Below, piece after piece: positions 39,293 through 53,103 of a stretch of 64,000 bases of DNA. This DNA comes from Octopus sinensis. Lineage: Eukaryota. The DNA is taken from assembly GCF_006345805.1 (NCBI RefSeq), contig NC_042997.1, positions 25,668,001-25,732,000 on the forward strand. The letters run 5' to 3'. The position numbers and the translations under genes were made by a program. Within the stretch, counting starts at the first letter, position 1, and every line of letters begins with the position of its first letter. The notes below the pieces were generated by a model. The model worked only from the letters and a program-made list of their open reading frames with translations, did not search any database and was not told the origin of the DNA.

Positions 39293-40192
39293 TAAAGACC
39301 TTTGAAAACGCCACTATATAAGATAAATTTTACAGGTTTCGGTTCTTCTTGAAAAAACGAACCTTATCAAAAATATTTTTATAAGTTAAGTGTAATAAAA
39401 AAAGTCTCAACAGAGTCCACGTATTGGTTTTTTTGTGGGGGTGGGGTGGGGCATAATAGCTGTCTTGTGTGTTGACTAGATTCGTTGGCTGAAGTTGGGG
39501 AAATGACCAGCGGCCGAAATAGCAGTAGTAGCAGTATATATATACTTGATAAGGAAGGTAGGAAATTTGAGAATTATCAGAAAGTCTGCTTCGGGTTTTA
39601 CGCCACGCCTCTGGGCTTAATGGCAAAATTCTACAAATTCTGCCTGGTTCAAAGTTGGGTGTAGTTATTTCTGGGGTTGGAAAATTACGTACCACTATGA
39701 CACAGTGCATTAGGGCAATTGTTACAAAACCAGACAATACTGTGCCGATTTCGCTTCGGCACTTTAGTTTCTGCGTTCAAAGCTGAATGTTCCCTTACTA
39801 TCAACTGCTTAATCCCTCTTGGAGCAGTTTAATCGTCCCTTAGTCTCTGACCTAACAATGTATTGATTGTAACACATTTCCGATGAAGCGGTATCAAAAA
39901 TCGTTTATGCAGTGGAAGACCGCATTAACTTCATTACAATAAAGAAAATAATATATACGTGGACGTATTTATATGTGTGTATGTGTGCGTATATTTATAA
40001 ATATATAAATATATATTAATATATATATATGAATATATATAATAATATATGTATATATATTATATATATATATTATATATATATACATATAAATTTATAG
40101 ACACACACACACACTCACACATACACGCGCACACGTATATATATAATACATAAGTTGTATGTGCGTGAGAATGTGTGTTTTTGTTTGTGTGC

Positions 40193-40275
<83 letters not shown>

Positions 40276-40389
40276 GATATATACACCACAGAGAAACAGA
40301 CATACATATACATACATATATACAATACATCCATCCATATACACATATATACATACATATACATACATACATATACATACATACATACA

Positions 40390-40454
<65 letters not shown>

Positions 40455-41874
40455 GTTGTATATATGTATGTATCAGAGAGAGAGAGAGAAAGAGAAAGTG
40501 AGAGAGTGAAGGAGAGAAACGAAGTTTTCATTTAATATGTGACCACATACATAAAAGCATTCAAGTGACGATCTTGTTTCATTGACAGGCAGATTCTTTT
40601 CAATATTTTGCAGTGGAAAGAATGGAATATCTAAGAATTGACAGGGTTCCAATTTCAATAATATCTACCTGCGTAATTGTTACCATTCATTACATTCTAT
40701 TCCCTGTACACATCAACAGAACTATATTCTCCAGAATTGTTTGATTCTTTCACTCGCTACGTTACGCATCTATTGTCTTATAATTTAAGACGAGATTCCT
40801 CATACCTGTACGGATTGTTTTATTTATTTGTTTAATTTTTGTTTTCATTTTTGCTTCATTGTGTTTTGTTTGGCATCTCGCTAGGAACAAGTGTTATCTG
40901 AACATTGCATCTCTTTTATATTTACTACGATTTCTATTGATGTCATGTCCCCTTTCACCCAGCATATCCCAGTAATTGTTCAATTCAAAGATGTCAATTG
41001 TGTAAATTTTACAGAAACCGCTTGTGATCTTCTTGCCTATGTCAAATCTTTTATACTCTTATCCAATAAAAGTAAAATACATCCTCACACATATGAAATG
41101 AAAAAGTAAAAGAACTCTCTACTAACTTTGTTTTAAAATAATTCTTTTGTTAGTTTCCTTATTTTATTTCCTCATTTTATTCCCATTCAGTGTTTAATTT
41201 CACATTCTACTTATATTTTCGAAAAGATTTAAATAACCTTCGTTTAGGTTTGGGTTTTTGAATTATCTGCACTCTCCCTTCTCAAATGCTTCGTTTTCAT
41301 TTCAAGAGCAATCAATTCTTTCATGCCGACATACTCAATAAGAGAAATTACGTGACAGCTACCATATCTAAGAGAATCAATTAAACGTCGTGATCAAAAT
41401 TCTACTGCACACCTTACTCAAAGATGATTAGTTGCAGAAATAAAATTAGAAATCAAAGAAAGATACAACAAACTATTACAAAAGACTATTTCTATAATAT
41501 GCTACATACTGATTTTCTTCACTTTAATTGTTAAGTGGCATAAATTGTTAATACGTCTGGTCCAACGAGATTTCAAATGCCGTTTGTGGTTAAAAGTAGT
41601 GGAGTTTATTTAATTTTCATTCTGTCTTAAACTTTATTGATTGGATGAAGTAAGTCTACGGAGTAGTTGTGAGAATGAAATGTATGCAGTGGGAGTATCA
41701 AATGTGCACTAAGCATGAAAAATCGTTTATCAATATATGTATAATGTAGGTAAATGTATACAAGATAGTATATGTGTAGATATACACATATAACAAATGT
41801 ATATATATATGTGTATACATATTCCATATGTAATATATATATATACATACATACGTACATACATGCATACATAT

Positions 41875-42109
41875 ACCTATTTCTTTATTACCCAGAAGGG
41901 GCTAAACACAGAGGGGACAAACAGGGACAGACATAGGTATTAAGTCGATTACATTGACCACAGTGCGTAACTAATACTTAATTTATCGACCCCGAAAGTA
42001 TGAAAGGCAAAGTCGACCTCGGCGGAATTTGAACTCACAACGTAACGCAGACGAAATACCGCTAAGCATTTTGCCCGGCGTGCTAACGTTTCTGCCAGCT
42101 CGCCGCCTT
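41875..42109 (-). mobile_element. SINE family B, full-length
   Basis: Matches the other family B copies. Confidence 0.9.
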
Positions 42110-42482
42110 AAATTTATGCATACATAAAATAAAATAATTATATGTAAATATATATATTATATATATATACATACATATATAAAACTTAAAACTTAGATAA
42201 AACTTAGATGTGTTTCGACCAATGATTGGTCCATATATATTATATATATATATATATTTATATAATGCCGATTTGACGTCTATGCTTAGCATATAGGCTG
42301 TCCCCTTTTAGTCGTCAGTCCTCTAAATTTTGTATATATATAACATACATGTATACATAAATACATGCATATACATATACATGTATATATATACGCACAC
42401 AAACACGTGCACATGGATAGACACACACACACACATATTTGCCGAACACACACATATATATATGTGTGTGTAGAGAAGAATC

Positions 42483-42568
<86 letters not shown>

Positions 42569-43271
42569 TTGCCCATGCATGTGTATGCGATGCTGCTCTA
42601 TCAGTTTCTTATGTTTCAGTATGGTTGCTTTCTTGTGTATGCTAGCTAATGATTGTGATCCTTCAGAGAGAAAAGATCAAATATCTGCCTCCGTATGCTT
42701 ACGCTGAAAAATGTCTTCATAGATTTAACATAGAGGAATACGATGCAATTTATTGCGCTGTCAGACGTATTAGTTTTCGGGAATCTTGCTTCCACGCGTA
42801 AACATATATTCAATTTTCGGTATCTATAGTTATATGTACTTTTATATTCATACGAAGGTAATAAATATATGTGTGTGTAAGCGGACGGGCGCGTGTGTGT
42901 GTGTGCGAATGTGCGTACATGCGCACGCCCCTGTGTATGTGTCTTTGTTGGTGTTTGTCTGTGTTTGTCTCCTAAGACCGCTGACAGCCAATGTTTTTGC
43001 TTAGTGCTTCATCAAAACAGTCCGATAAAATAAGTATCGGCTTTAAAAATATACCGCGGTCAATTCGTTCGGCTAAAATTCTTCAATGGCTGGAGCAAGT
43101 AAAAGATAAAATCTACGTCGTTCGATTTGCTTTTCTTAAACCTATGTGTCTATTTATAACTGACGGTCACTGTATCCTCTGTGTGCAGGTTGCGTTACCC
43201 ACTTAGGCATGCGCTCGTTGCGCTGCGTAATCAGTTGTTACATTATATAAGAAACAATACTTACATAATTT

Positions 43272-43427
43272 AAGGTGGCGAGCTGGCAGAAACGTTAGCA
43301 CGCCGGGCGAAATGCATAGCCGTATTTCGTCTGCCGTTATGTTCCGAGTTTAAACTCCACCGAGGTCAACTTTGCCTTTCATCCTTTCAGGGTCGATTAA
43401 ATAAGTACCAGTTACGCACTGGGGTCG
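43272..43427 (+). mobile_element. SINE family B, 3'-truncated
   Basis: GGTGGCGAGCTGGCAGAAACGTTAGCACG...GCCTTTCATCCTTTCAGGGTCGATTAAATAAGTACCAG. Confidence 0.9.
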
Positions 43428-43930
43428 AAAAACATACATAATTTATTAATATAAATGTTTGTGGAATTATAATTAATTTTGTATAAAACTAATCTTTTCC
43501 TTATTGAAGAATGTCTTGCGTTAGTGTTAGTAGCTGATTATTTATGCAATGTGTATTGTAACGTCCACCTGATATTTGTTTGAGGGCTGAAATGTATAAT
43601 GACCCCATGAATTTAGATTAAATAAAAGTTCGTTAATTAAATCGCTAGAAGTTAACTTGGAAATTTAAATTGCGACTTACTGCCGGATGTGGGTTTGATA
43701 ATTCGTATATACAATGAAAATTACGGGATATTTACATCCGATTTAGATTTCATTGGCGAAGCAACTTTTACCTGCACCCGAAAGCAATAAGCGTGTATGA
43801 AGTAATATGTATGCATTTAGGGTAATTTAAATTAATGGGATGGGATATTTTTCAGAACGCCTACTACATGCAAACATTTTGTTATGTGCTGTCTCACACA
43901 CAATGTAACTATGCACAAAAATCTACCCGT

Positions 43931-44482
43931 GCTCGTCATCTTACTTGTGTAATATAAGTGCTATATATATGCACTCATAAATTTTCATTCAAGTTGATAT
44001 GTTGTGGTGGAGATTATCAATGATTGCGCTTTTCGTTGTAGTCAGAATTTTAAATCATTGATAATTTAATCGAGCTCGTCATCCTACTGGTAAAATATAA
44101 GTTCTTTATGTATGCACTCAAATTTTTATTCTAGTTGATATACTGTGGTGGACATTTATGTTAATTATGGCACTTTTCATTGTGGTCAAAATTTTAAATC
44201 TTTATATATAAAAGTGAAGTTGTGTGTCTGTCTCCTACGATTTAGATTCCTAACTACTCCCACATTTTGCGGTGCAGTTTAACCAAAGCGGGTATCTTAT
44301 AGTAGTGATTCGTATCGAGCCCTTCTGGGTATTAGCACTCGTCTACGATTTAAAAAAAATTCCCATTTTTAATGCATTTTTGCTATTATATAAGGGAAGT
44401 AACTCTCTAAAATGCTTATATAGTTGTTTCCCTTAAAAACCCGAAGAACGCCGGGCGATACTGCTAGTCATTGATAAAAATG
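43931..44482. repeat. Diverged 143-bp tandem duplication whose second unit is split by a Helitron
   Basis: GCTCGTCATC at 43931 and 44074. Both units contain ATTTTAAA|TCATTGATAA. Confidence 0.8.
44199..44467 (+). mobile_element. Non-autonomous Helitron, copy 2 (269 bp)
   Basis: A|TC start, hairpin CCCGAAGAACGCCGGG, CTAG|T end. It has one internal ~100-bp unit where copies 1 and 3 have two. Confidence 0.88.
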
Positions 44483-44784
44483 TTTGAGGTGGATTTGGAT
44501 TGTGCATGAGCCGACCTCAGTATTCATATATTCTTCATACAGAAATATCCTTATGTTATATTAAATAATCTTTAAGCTTTAGTATTTATTCATTTTCATT
44601 TTATATGGTTCCGTTAAGTGGAGGAGTCAGTAGATGCACACAGTTTGTTAGTTGATTGTGGACGTTATTCTTTGATCGGTTTGCTTCACCTCTTTGATTT
44701 TTTTGGCACCTGAGCGGTCTCCAGATTTTTTGTGAAAAATCAGGCTCTGAGAATAGTGTCTTCCCGGTCACTTTTCCTTCTATT

Positions 44785-44880
44785 CTCTCCCAACGGGTCT
44801 CTCCCAACGGGTCTCTCCCAACGGGTCTCTCCCAACGGGTCTCTCCCAACGGGTCTCTCCCAACGGGTCTCCCCCAACAG
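44785..44880. repeat. 14-bp minisatellite (CTCTCCCAACGGGT)x6 plus a partial unit
   Basis: Six perfect units at 44785-44868 and a degenerate seventh. Confidence 0.95.
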
Positions 44881-45256
44881 AAAGAGTAACGAGTCCTGCA
44901 TTTCTTCTTTTGACTAAACCATTAAAATAAAAGTAATCAGAAAATTAGGTAGAGTCCTTAATGGTATAAAATGAATCCACACGCAAATCGCAATACGTAT
45001 ATTTTATGAACTCGTTCAATACGACGGCGATCAACTACGGAAAACCTCCTCTAAAAGTGATGCAAATTCATCAGATATTGGTTGTTCTACGTTTGATCCT
45101 CAAAGTTCAAAGAATCTTGACAACTCTCTCACACACACACACAATCACATACACACGTACAAAAACCACGTACTCGCCCACACATATATGTAGGTAATTC
45201 GTATATGCATATAGATGTATGCACTTGTTTCTGTTTGTAGATAGATACGTTGATAA

Positions 45257-45345
<89 letters not shown>

Positions 45346-47309
45346 CAGATAGATAAATAGATAGATAAACAGGGGGAGATAGAGAGAGATAGACATGCGG
45401 TGTGTGTACACCTATGTATATATGACATATGTATATGTAGATATGCATCTATGTACGCGTATATGTATTATCTAAACAATTCATTTAAAACGTTTTATCT
45501 CATAATGACTGAACGTATTTCGAAGAGAAAGAGCAATTTCATTTATTAATAATCAAAAATACATTAGTCAAATTATTCATTAATTTATTTAACGGAAGAA
45601 GCGAAACGGAAGATAACGATAACTGAAAAATAAAGAGACAAAAGTAAAATACAAAACAGATATAGAAAATTAGGCGCCACCTAAATATATCCGAAGACCA
45701 TTCTGTATTATTATTATATCATCTCCTTTCCTTACTTTCCTTTTTATATATATTTTTTTTCATCCTAACATATTTATTTCATCACAATTTATTAGTTGCT
45801 CTGTGATTCTTAGAGTTCATTGTAGTGAGCTATTGTCATTTCTTAATTAAGTTATGTTTTATATTGCTCTAAAACTGATTTCCCCCAACCCCCACCACAC
45901 CGAACGCCAGTGTCCATATTCAGTTTCCCGAATATTTACAGCATTTATGTAAGTTCGTATTCATATGTATGTGTGTGTGAATGTGTGTGTGTGTGGATGT
46001 GAATGTGCGAACATGCATGAGCGTGCGTGCGTGCAGACGTGTCTTTGTGTGGGTGGGTGTACTCGTGTGTGTGCTCATGTGTGCTGTGTGTGTGTGTGTG
46101 TATGTCCGTGTGTTTGTATTTGAGTGTGTGCATGAGTGATTGTACCGGTTATTTGTTGCAAATATCTATTTTTCAAATTTCTCAAGTTTCTAGTAGGCGA
46201 AAGTCAGTTTTATATATTTGTCCGTCTCCGAGTTTCTTTCATAGATTCACAAATCGCAATATGTTTTGCTTTTTTTTTTTATATATTTCTTTCCTAGAGG
46301 AGAACCATTATTTTTTACAAATCTTTGTTTCTTTTCTCACTATATTTTTTTTCTTCTATATATTTATTTTCTTCTGTACATTTTTTTTCTTCATCTGCTC
46401 GTTCTGTCGTCTTAAACGAGAAAGAGTTTGCTCCTTACAAACTACATCGATCCCTCATTCCGAATATTGTCCAACGTATCGCTTTACGCGTAGCTGGACA
46501 CGTGGCCGACATACATCTTGTATGTCAATTACTGCCAATTTCCCGACCATAGGCAGCTCCTAAATGTCTTGTCGAAGTCTCACTTTGGTATCATGTGTCA
46601 TGCGCGCGACTAACCGACAGAGGTTCCATATCCGCAACTAGACGGCTTCCTCTGTTTTCTCGTACATATCCGCTTGACAGAAACGTTATCTGTTGGAAAT
46701 CCCGCGTGATATATAGCCGTAAGCGTTACTTTCATTATCCTCAATTTTCCTCACACACTTGACAGTCATCATAAGCTAGGCAACTGGCAAAGTACAGACA
46801 GTAGATTTCTTTGCATGCATTGCCAACGTGAAAACAATACCCTCTGTAGCTTGATGTCTGTCATCGAGAAATAGGAAGAAAAAAGAAAACATACGGTAAT
46901 GTCAGCTCAATTGGAATTTCGCTTGAAAGAAGTCTAGCCGCCTAACTTGCTAATGTTCTACATATATTTCATCCATCCTTACAATTGTCAGAAGTTACAT
47001 TCAATGACTTGTTGATTCATTGGTTTGTATTTATTTTTTTCTAAAAGGAAATAATGATGGATTATTAAAAACCACTAGTTGAGATATTAGTTACCTAAAA
47101 AGTCACTGTCAAGCATCTATACGTTTCGTTCAGAATTCAACTATCACTAACATTGTTTTTACATTTTCTAGACGCTATAGTTTTCTGTAGTTAACTTCAT
47201 CTAACAATACCTTTAACTGTGAGTGTTTCAACTTGTTCGTATGTAAGAAACCAATATTTCGATGGATAGGGTATGGAAGGTCTACAAACCATTAGCCGCC
47301 CCTAACACT

Positions 47310-48899
47310 GGTCAGAATGCTTTATGCTGTTAGCCATAAATTCCTTAGCAGTTCTAGTTGTTACTTACAGTTTCAAGTGTTCAACTGGAATATGAGCGAA
47401 ATAAGGAAGCTTGACATGAAAATCCGTAAGTTGCTGACTTGCAATATGATGCAACACACAAAGCAGGTGCAGATCGTCTTTACCTTCCCAGTACCCAAGG
47501 AGTCCTAGGTTTGATCCAATTTGAAATCTCTTACAAAACTACCACAATTGGACTGGCCAAATATCATGAAAAATCTAAGCTTCACTCTGTTATGAAGGAA
47601 AGCAATATATTTACTAGTGAGCTGGTGCATAATATGCAGGTTGATGGAAGTGCGGTAACTATTGTTGCAAAGAAGGTGAAATCAAGAGCAAAGCAAAAAT
47701 GCGTTTGAACAATTGGCTGATGTGGGGGAACAAAAAACCACTGCATGGCAGATATGTGGCCCGTAGCAAACAAACTGATGTAGACGAGAAGCACAGCCAT
47801 CAGTGGCTACGGAGCTCAAAACACAAGGCATAGAGCAAAGGCATTATCTCACCTGCTCAAGACCGGAGCTTACTGACCCGTAACTGTCAAGCCAACGTGA
47901 TGAAAAGCGGATGGCAACGACGAGATTGAAACAGTGGACTACCAAATCTCTGGGTGTGCGGTTTTAGTACCAGTAGAGTATAAATCTAGACATGACAGAG
48001 TTAACCAATATCTAACTGGATTATATGTCGACATTATAAAATCAAAACTGCTAACAAATATTACAAGCATCATCCTGAGGATGTAGATGAGGGAGAAAAT
48101 GTAAGGATTCATTGGGACTTTCCAGTACATACAGACCGAAATATCAAAGCTAGTGAATTAGATATTGTTGTGAAAGACAAAAACAATAAAATCTGTTGAT
48201 TGATTGACGTGGATATACCTTGTGATCATAATATATCAGCTAAAGAATTGGATAAGCTCAGAAAATATAACAATTTGCTGATTGAAATCCAAAACAAATG
48301 GCATCTCAAGACGGATACAATACCAATGATTATCAGAGCACTTGGAATGATAACAAAAGGGAACTGAAAATTATTCGAGGATGATCCCTGGTTTACCATT
48401 CATGCAGGAATTGCAAAGAATTGTCTTAATCAGTCTAATCAGAGTTTCTAATCTTAACTGATTCGAAGTGTTATCATGTACATGCTTTGTCTTGGTATAA
48501 AAGATGGGCTACAGCAAATATTCAGCTCAGAATTGCTTGTTAGTTGTTTAAGCTTAAGCAGATGTGCATATCTCTTAGTGGCTGACGATATGAGCATCTC
48601 TGATCATGAGTTTTGGGGGAGCATCATGGCCATGTGTTGCGAGGAATTCTTTGTAACTTGAGTAATTCATCTCTGGAAACATGGTCTTTAAAGAAGACCT
48701 TTTGAACTGGATGGACTGAAAATTGTAACTGGGACCCACCTGCATGGTAATGCGCTGTTTATCCTTGGTATGAGATTACTATGTCGCGCACATAAGGTTG
48801 TGACGAATGTACCCGTCTGATACGGGTAGTCAAGATGGGTATATTGGGCTTCGTATATTTTACTGTGTCACCATGGTGGCATGTACTGCCCTCTCACTC

Positions 48900-48939
<40 letters not shown>
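47310..48939 (+). mobile_element. R4/Dong-like LINE 3' third, followed by the ~550-bp 3' UTR repeat (copy 3) and (AAT)n
   Basis: NWNMSEIRKLDMKIRKLLT, DRLYLP, LHGRY, LDIVVKDK..C..IDVDIPCD and TIPMIIRALG. The UTR repeat at 48446-48899 follows, then a tail switching from (AAT)n to (AAG)n. Confidence 0.82.
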
Positions 48940-48968
<29 letters not shown>

Positions 48969-49116
48969 AGGAGGAAAAAGAAGAAAAAGAAGGTGAGGAA
49001 GAAGAAGAAGAAGAAGAAGAAGAAGAAAAAGAAGGTGAAGAAGAAGAAGAAGAAGAAGAAGAAGAAGAAGAAGAAGAAGAAGAAGAAGAATAAGAAGAAG
49101 AAGAAGAAGAAGAAGA

Positions 49117-49345
49117 GCTGAGCAGTATATTAAGCAACACCCTGTTGATTCTAATCTCTGTAAATTACAAAGGATAACCTTGGTGGGTGCAGCCCATATA
49201 CTACGGAAAGCACTCTCCATCTAAAATGGAATAAATGTGGTGATAATTTTAGCATGCAGAGCAAAACGAAAGTGTGCCCTTGCTACATTTTGCCTCCGGA
49301 GGATGCCCGGTACTAAGGCAACTGAAATAAAGTCTTAATGAAAAT
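49117..49345 (+). mobile_element. Short 5'-truncated R4-like 3' end between (AAG)n and (TAG)n
   Basis: LQRITLVGAAHILRKALSI* followed by a short UTR and a (TAG)n tail. Confidence 0.75.
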
Positions 49346-49354
49346 AGTAGTAGC

Positions 49355-49388
<34 letters not shown>

Positions 49389-49599
49389 TAGTAGTAGTAG
49401 TAGTAGTAACAACAGTGTGCTTGGGTTGCAGGAAACTAATTTTGTTCTAGATTAAGATATCTTAAGCATATGTTAACAAATGAAAGGTTAGTAACTCTTT
49501 TACAATTTGCAAAATGCCTGTCATTGAAAATCGCAAGAATTTACAATATTTCTCTAGCACTTACGAAAATGTATATTGTGTACGGCTTGAAACTATTTT

Positions 49600-49680
<81 letters not shown>

Positions 49681-50408
49681 TAATAATAATAATAATAATA
49701 ATAATACTACCAACACCACCACCAACACCGCCACCACCACTACTACTACTACTACATTTATTATCATTATTAGTCGATAAATGCTATTTATGTGTTCATT
49801 TTTTGTAGAACATCCGATGTAAATTATAGTATTCTGATGGTTGATATACCAGTCATATATCACATGATAGATTCACTTTAATCAACGATGCTACTCCACA
49901 ACAAACAATGCCACTCTGTGCTTGTGTGAGAAATGATTACATGTATAGGATTAGGATTTATAAGTGTAACACCCACGATGAAGAACTACTGTCATGAATA
50001 TATATAAACTGTTTATTATTCTTAGATAATTTTTTCGTCGGTTTCCTTCTTTTTAGCTTTTTTGTGTATTCACATTCTCACGCACGTACATGAATTCACT
50101 CTATCTCAAGCTATCATTGATGAGAGAAAAATGTTTCAACATTTCTTTAATCTGTCAACACAACGTAAATTATTCTTTATGATTATTCTTAGACCAGAAA
50201 TGAAAAAAAAAAAAAAAAAAAACTTTCAAAAAAACAACTACAGGAAAACAGTAAGTGGTAAGAAACAAATATTTTCTTTGTCTCGATAGTATCCATATAA
50301 AAATCGCTCTCATTTTATATTACTTCACGATCACACCATCACAAATATACGCATAAGCGCGCACAAATACGCACTCTCACAAACACACGCACACACACAC
50401 ATACACAT

Positions 50409-50820
50409 AGGCGCAGGAGTGGCTGTGTGGTAAATAGCTTGTTTACCAACCACATGGTTCCGGGTTCAGTCCCACTGCATGGCACCTTGGGCAAGTGTCG
50501 TCTGCTATAGCCTCGTGCCGACCAAAGCCTTGTGAGTGGATTTGGTAGACGGAAACTGAAAGAAGCCTGTCGTATATATATATGTATATGTATATGTGTG
50601 TGCGTGTATGTTTGTGTTTGTCCCCCTAGCATTGCTTGACAACCGATGCTGGTGTGCTTATGTCCCCGTCACTTAGCGGCTCGGCAAAAGAGACCGATAG
50701 AATAAGTACTGGGCTTACAAAGAATAAGTCCCGGGGTCGAGTTGCTCGATTAAAAGGCGGTGCTCCAGCATGGCCGCAGTCAAATGACTGAAACAAGTAA
50801 AAGAGAAAAAGAGAAAGAGA
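50409..50820 (+). mobile_element. SINE family A, full-length
   Basis: Complete head, central (TA)/(TG) tract and AAAGAG-repeat tail. Confidence 0.92.
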
Positions 50821-50880
50821 CATACACACACGTGTGTATGTACAAATATATATACATATATTTGTACACACAAACATATA

Positions 50881-51085
50881 TTCTTTTATTTATTTCAGTC
50901 ATTTGGGAGCGGCTATACTGGAGCACTGCTTCGATGGAATTTTACCTTGAACAAATCGACCCTAGGATTTACTTTCAAGCCTAGTACTTAATCTATTGGT
51001 TTTTTGGGTCGAACCGCTAGGTTACAGGGAACTAAATTCACCAAAACCGGTTGTCAGGCAATGATGTGGCGACAAACACAGACGC
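50881..51085 (-). mobile_element. SINE family A, diverged 3' half
   Basis: TTTCAGTCATTTG..GCGGC.ATACTGGAGCAC...GAACCGCTA. Inverted relative to 50409-50820, about 60 bp away. Confidence 0.75.
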
Positions 51086-51485
51086 ATAGAATGATGCGTA
51101 TACGTATGAACACGCACATACACACACACACACACATACATATATATATAAAATTCAATAAAAATATTAGGATTTCATTAAAAATCATGTTTGTTTGGAA
51201 GTATCTACATATCGATACTTCCATATGTATATAGATTCTTCTCAAGAGATTTCATTGTAAACTATTTTTAACATTTTCTTATTATCAAAGAATGTATATA
51301 TGTATTGCAATATTTTATGACAACCAGTTCTTAACACAACAAAGCTTTTACAAAGCTTTACATTTCACTTTTGACAATCTTTTTCTAAAAAAGTGAAACC
51401 GGTCAAGTGAATAAACATCTTTAAAATTGCATTTTCAAACCTTCTTTCATATATATATATATATATATATATACAAATACATACA

Positions 51486-51569
<84 letters not shown>

Positions 51570-51984
51570 TATATATATATATATAATATATATATATATA
51601 TAATATATATACACACACATATATTATAGGTAGCGAAGACGGAGTGTACAGTAAACTTTATTCAGTACGGCGATAGTGGGTGGGAACGGTATAATTCAAT
51701 TATAATTCCCCACCCACAAGGGAGTAGTGCAGATATAAACCGAAACGATCGGCAAGCTGAATAAAAATTACAAGACACATTGTCTTCCTCATCAATCATT
51801 TATTATATACTAGTCGTGATCAGAGGAATTCCCTATGTAGATCCTGCGACGAATGTGCAGTACCACGGATGACGCCTGGTAACCGTTAGTGGTGAACGTA
51901 TTCTCCAGGCATACTACTAGGGATATCCCCAACGGTTTGGATACTGCATTTTAAACTCTCCTATTTAAACATTAATTTTAGATA

Positions 51985-52380
51985 TCTTTATATATAAAAG
52001 TGAAGTTGTGTGTCTGTCTCCTACCATTTAAATTCCTAACTACTCCCACATTTTGCGGTGCAGTTTAACCAAAACCGGGTATTTTATAGTCGTGATTCAT
52101 ATCGAGCACTTCTGGGTATTAGCGAGCGTCTACGATGTGTCTACGATTTAAAAAAAAAATTCCATAATTTTTTTCCATTTTAATGCATTTTTCGCTATTA
52201 TATAAGGGAAGTAACTCTCTAAAAATGTCTACGATGAGTCAACGATTTAAAAAAAAAATTACCATAATTTTTTTTCCATTTTTAATGCATTTTTTTGCTA
52301 TTTTTTGGCTATAACTCTCTAAAAATGCTTATATAGTTATTTCCCTTACAAATCCGAGCAACGCCGGGCGATACTGCTAG
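51985..52380 (+). mobile_element. Non-autonomous Helitron, copy 3 (396 bp)
   Basis: A|TC start, internal ~100-bp tandem duplication, hairpin CCGAGCAACGCCGG, CTAG|T end. Confidence 0.88.
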
Positions 52381-53068
52381 TAATCTATATATGTATGTGT
52401 GTGTGTGTAACTGTTTGTGTATACACACACGCATAAATATATATGAGTGAGGGTGGTGTGTGGAAAATTTAATGACATACATAAATGCATACATGCATAC
52501 ATATGTGAATAAGTATATTTATATTTATGATGTCGACAAATCTGTTTAAGGAAGAAAAATATTAAGTGAAGAAAAACAATGAAAGAAAATTTGGTGAATC
52601 GGTGCAGCCTGTTAATTAAAGAATAACAGTAAGAGAATCTGGACGTTTGTCACGTTCAAACCTCCCATCTCATGATGGAAGAGAAGAGAAATAAATAATA
52701 ATAAACAAATAGAAAATTTCGAACCGTTTGCATTGTTACAAAAGAAACTTTCTTCATGTCTGGGAAGATGTATGAATATTATCTCAATAAAATGGAAATT
52801 ATATACATGTATATACACATATATGTGTGTGTGTGTGTGTGTAAGTGTGTGTGTGCATAGATATCTACATCTGCATGTATATAAATATGCATACGCATGA
52901 ATATACTTGTGCATATGTGTGTGTGTGTGTGTGTGTGCGCGTGTGTGTGTAGAGAGAGAGAGAAAGAGAGGGAGAACTAACTAGCTACCTAAGTAGATAG
53001 ATGTATAGATTTATCGAGAGATATAGAGGATGATAAGTAGATAAACGCACATCACATAAGACACACAT

Positions 53069-53103
<35 letters not shown>

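Noticed and set aside
42649-42801. 50-aa ORF MIVILQREKIKYLPPYAYAEKCLHRF...
   Set aside because: It is short, has no recognisable motif and no convincing splice pair, so it is compatible with chance.
44785-44880. Regular short repeats as a possible CRISPR array
   Set aside because: The units are contiguous with no spacers, there are no cas genes, and the context is eukaryotic.
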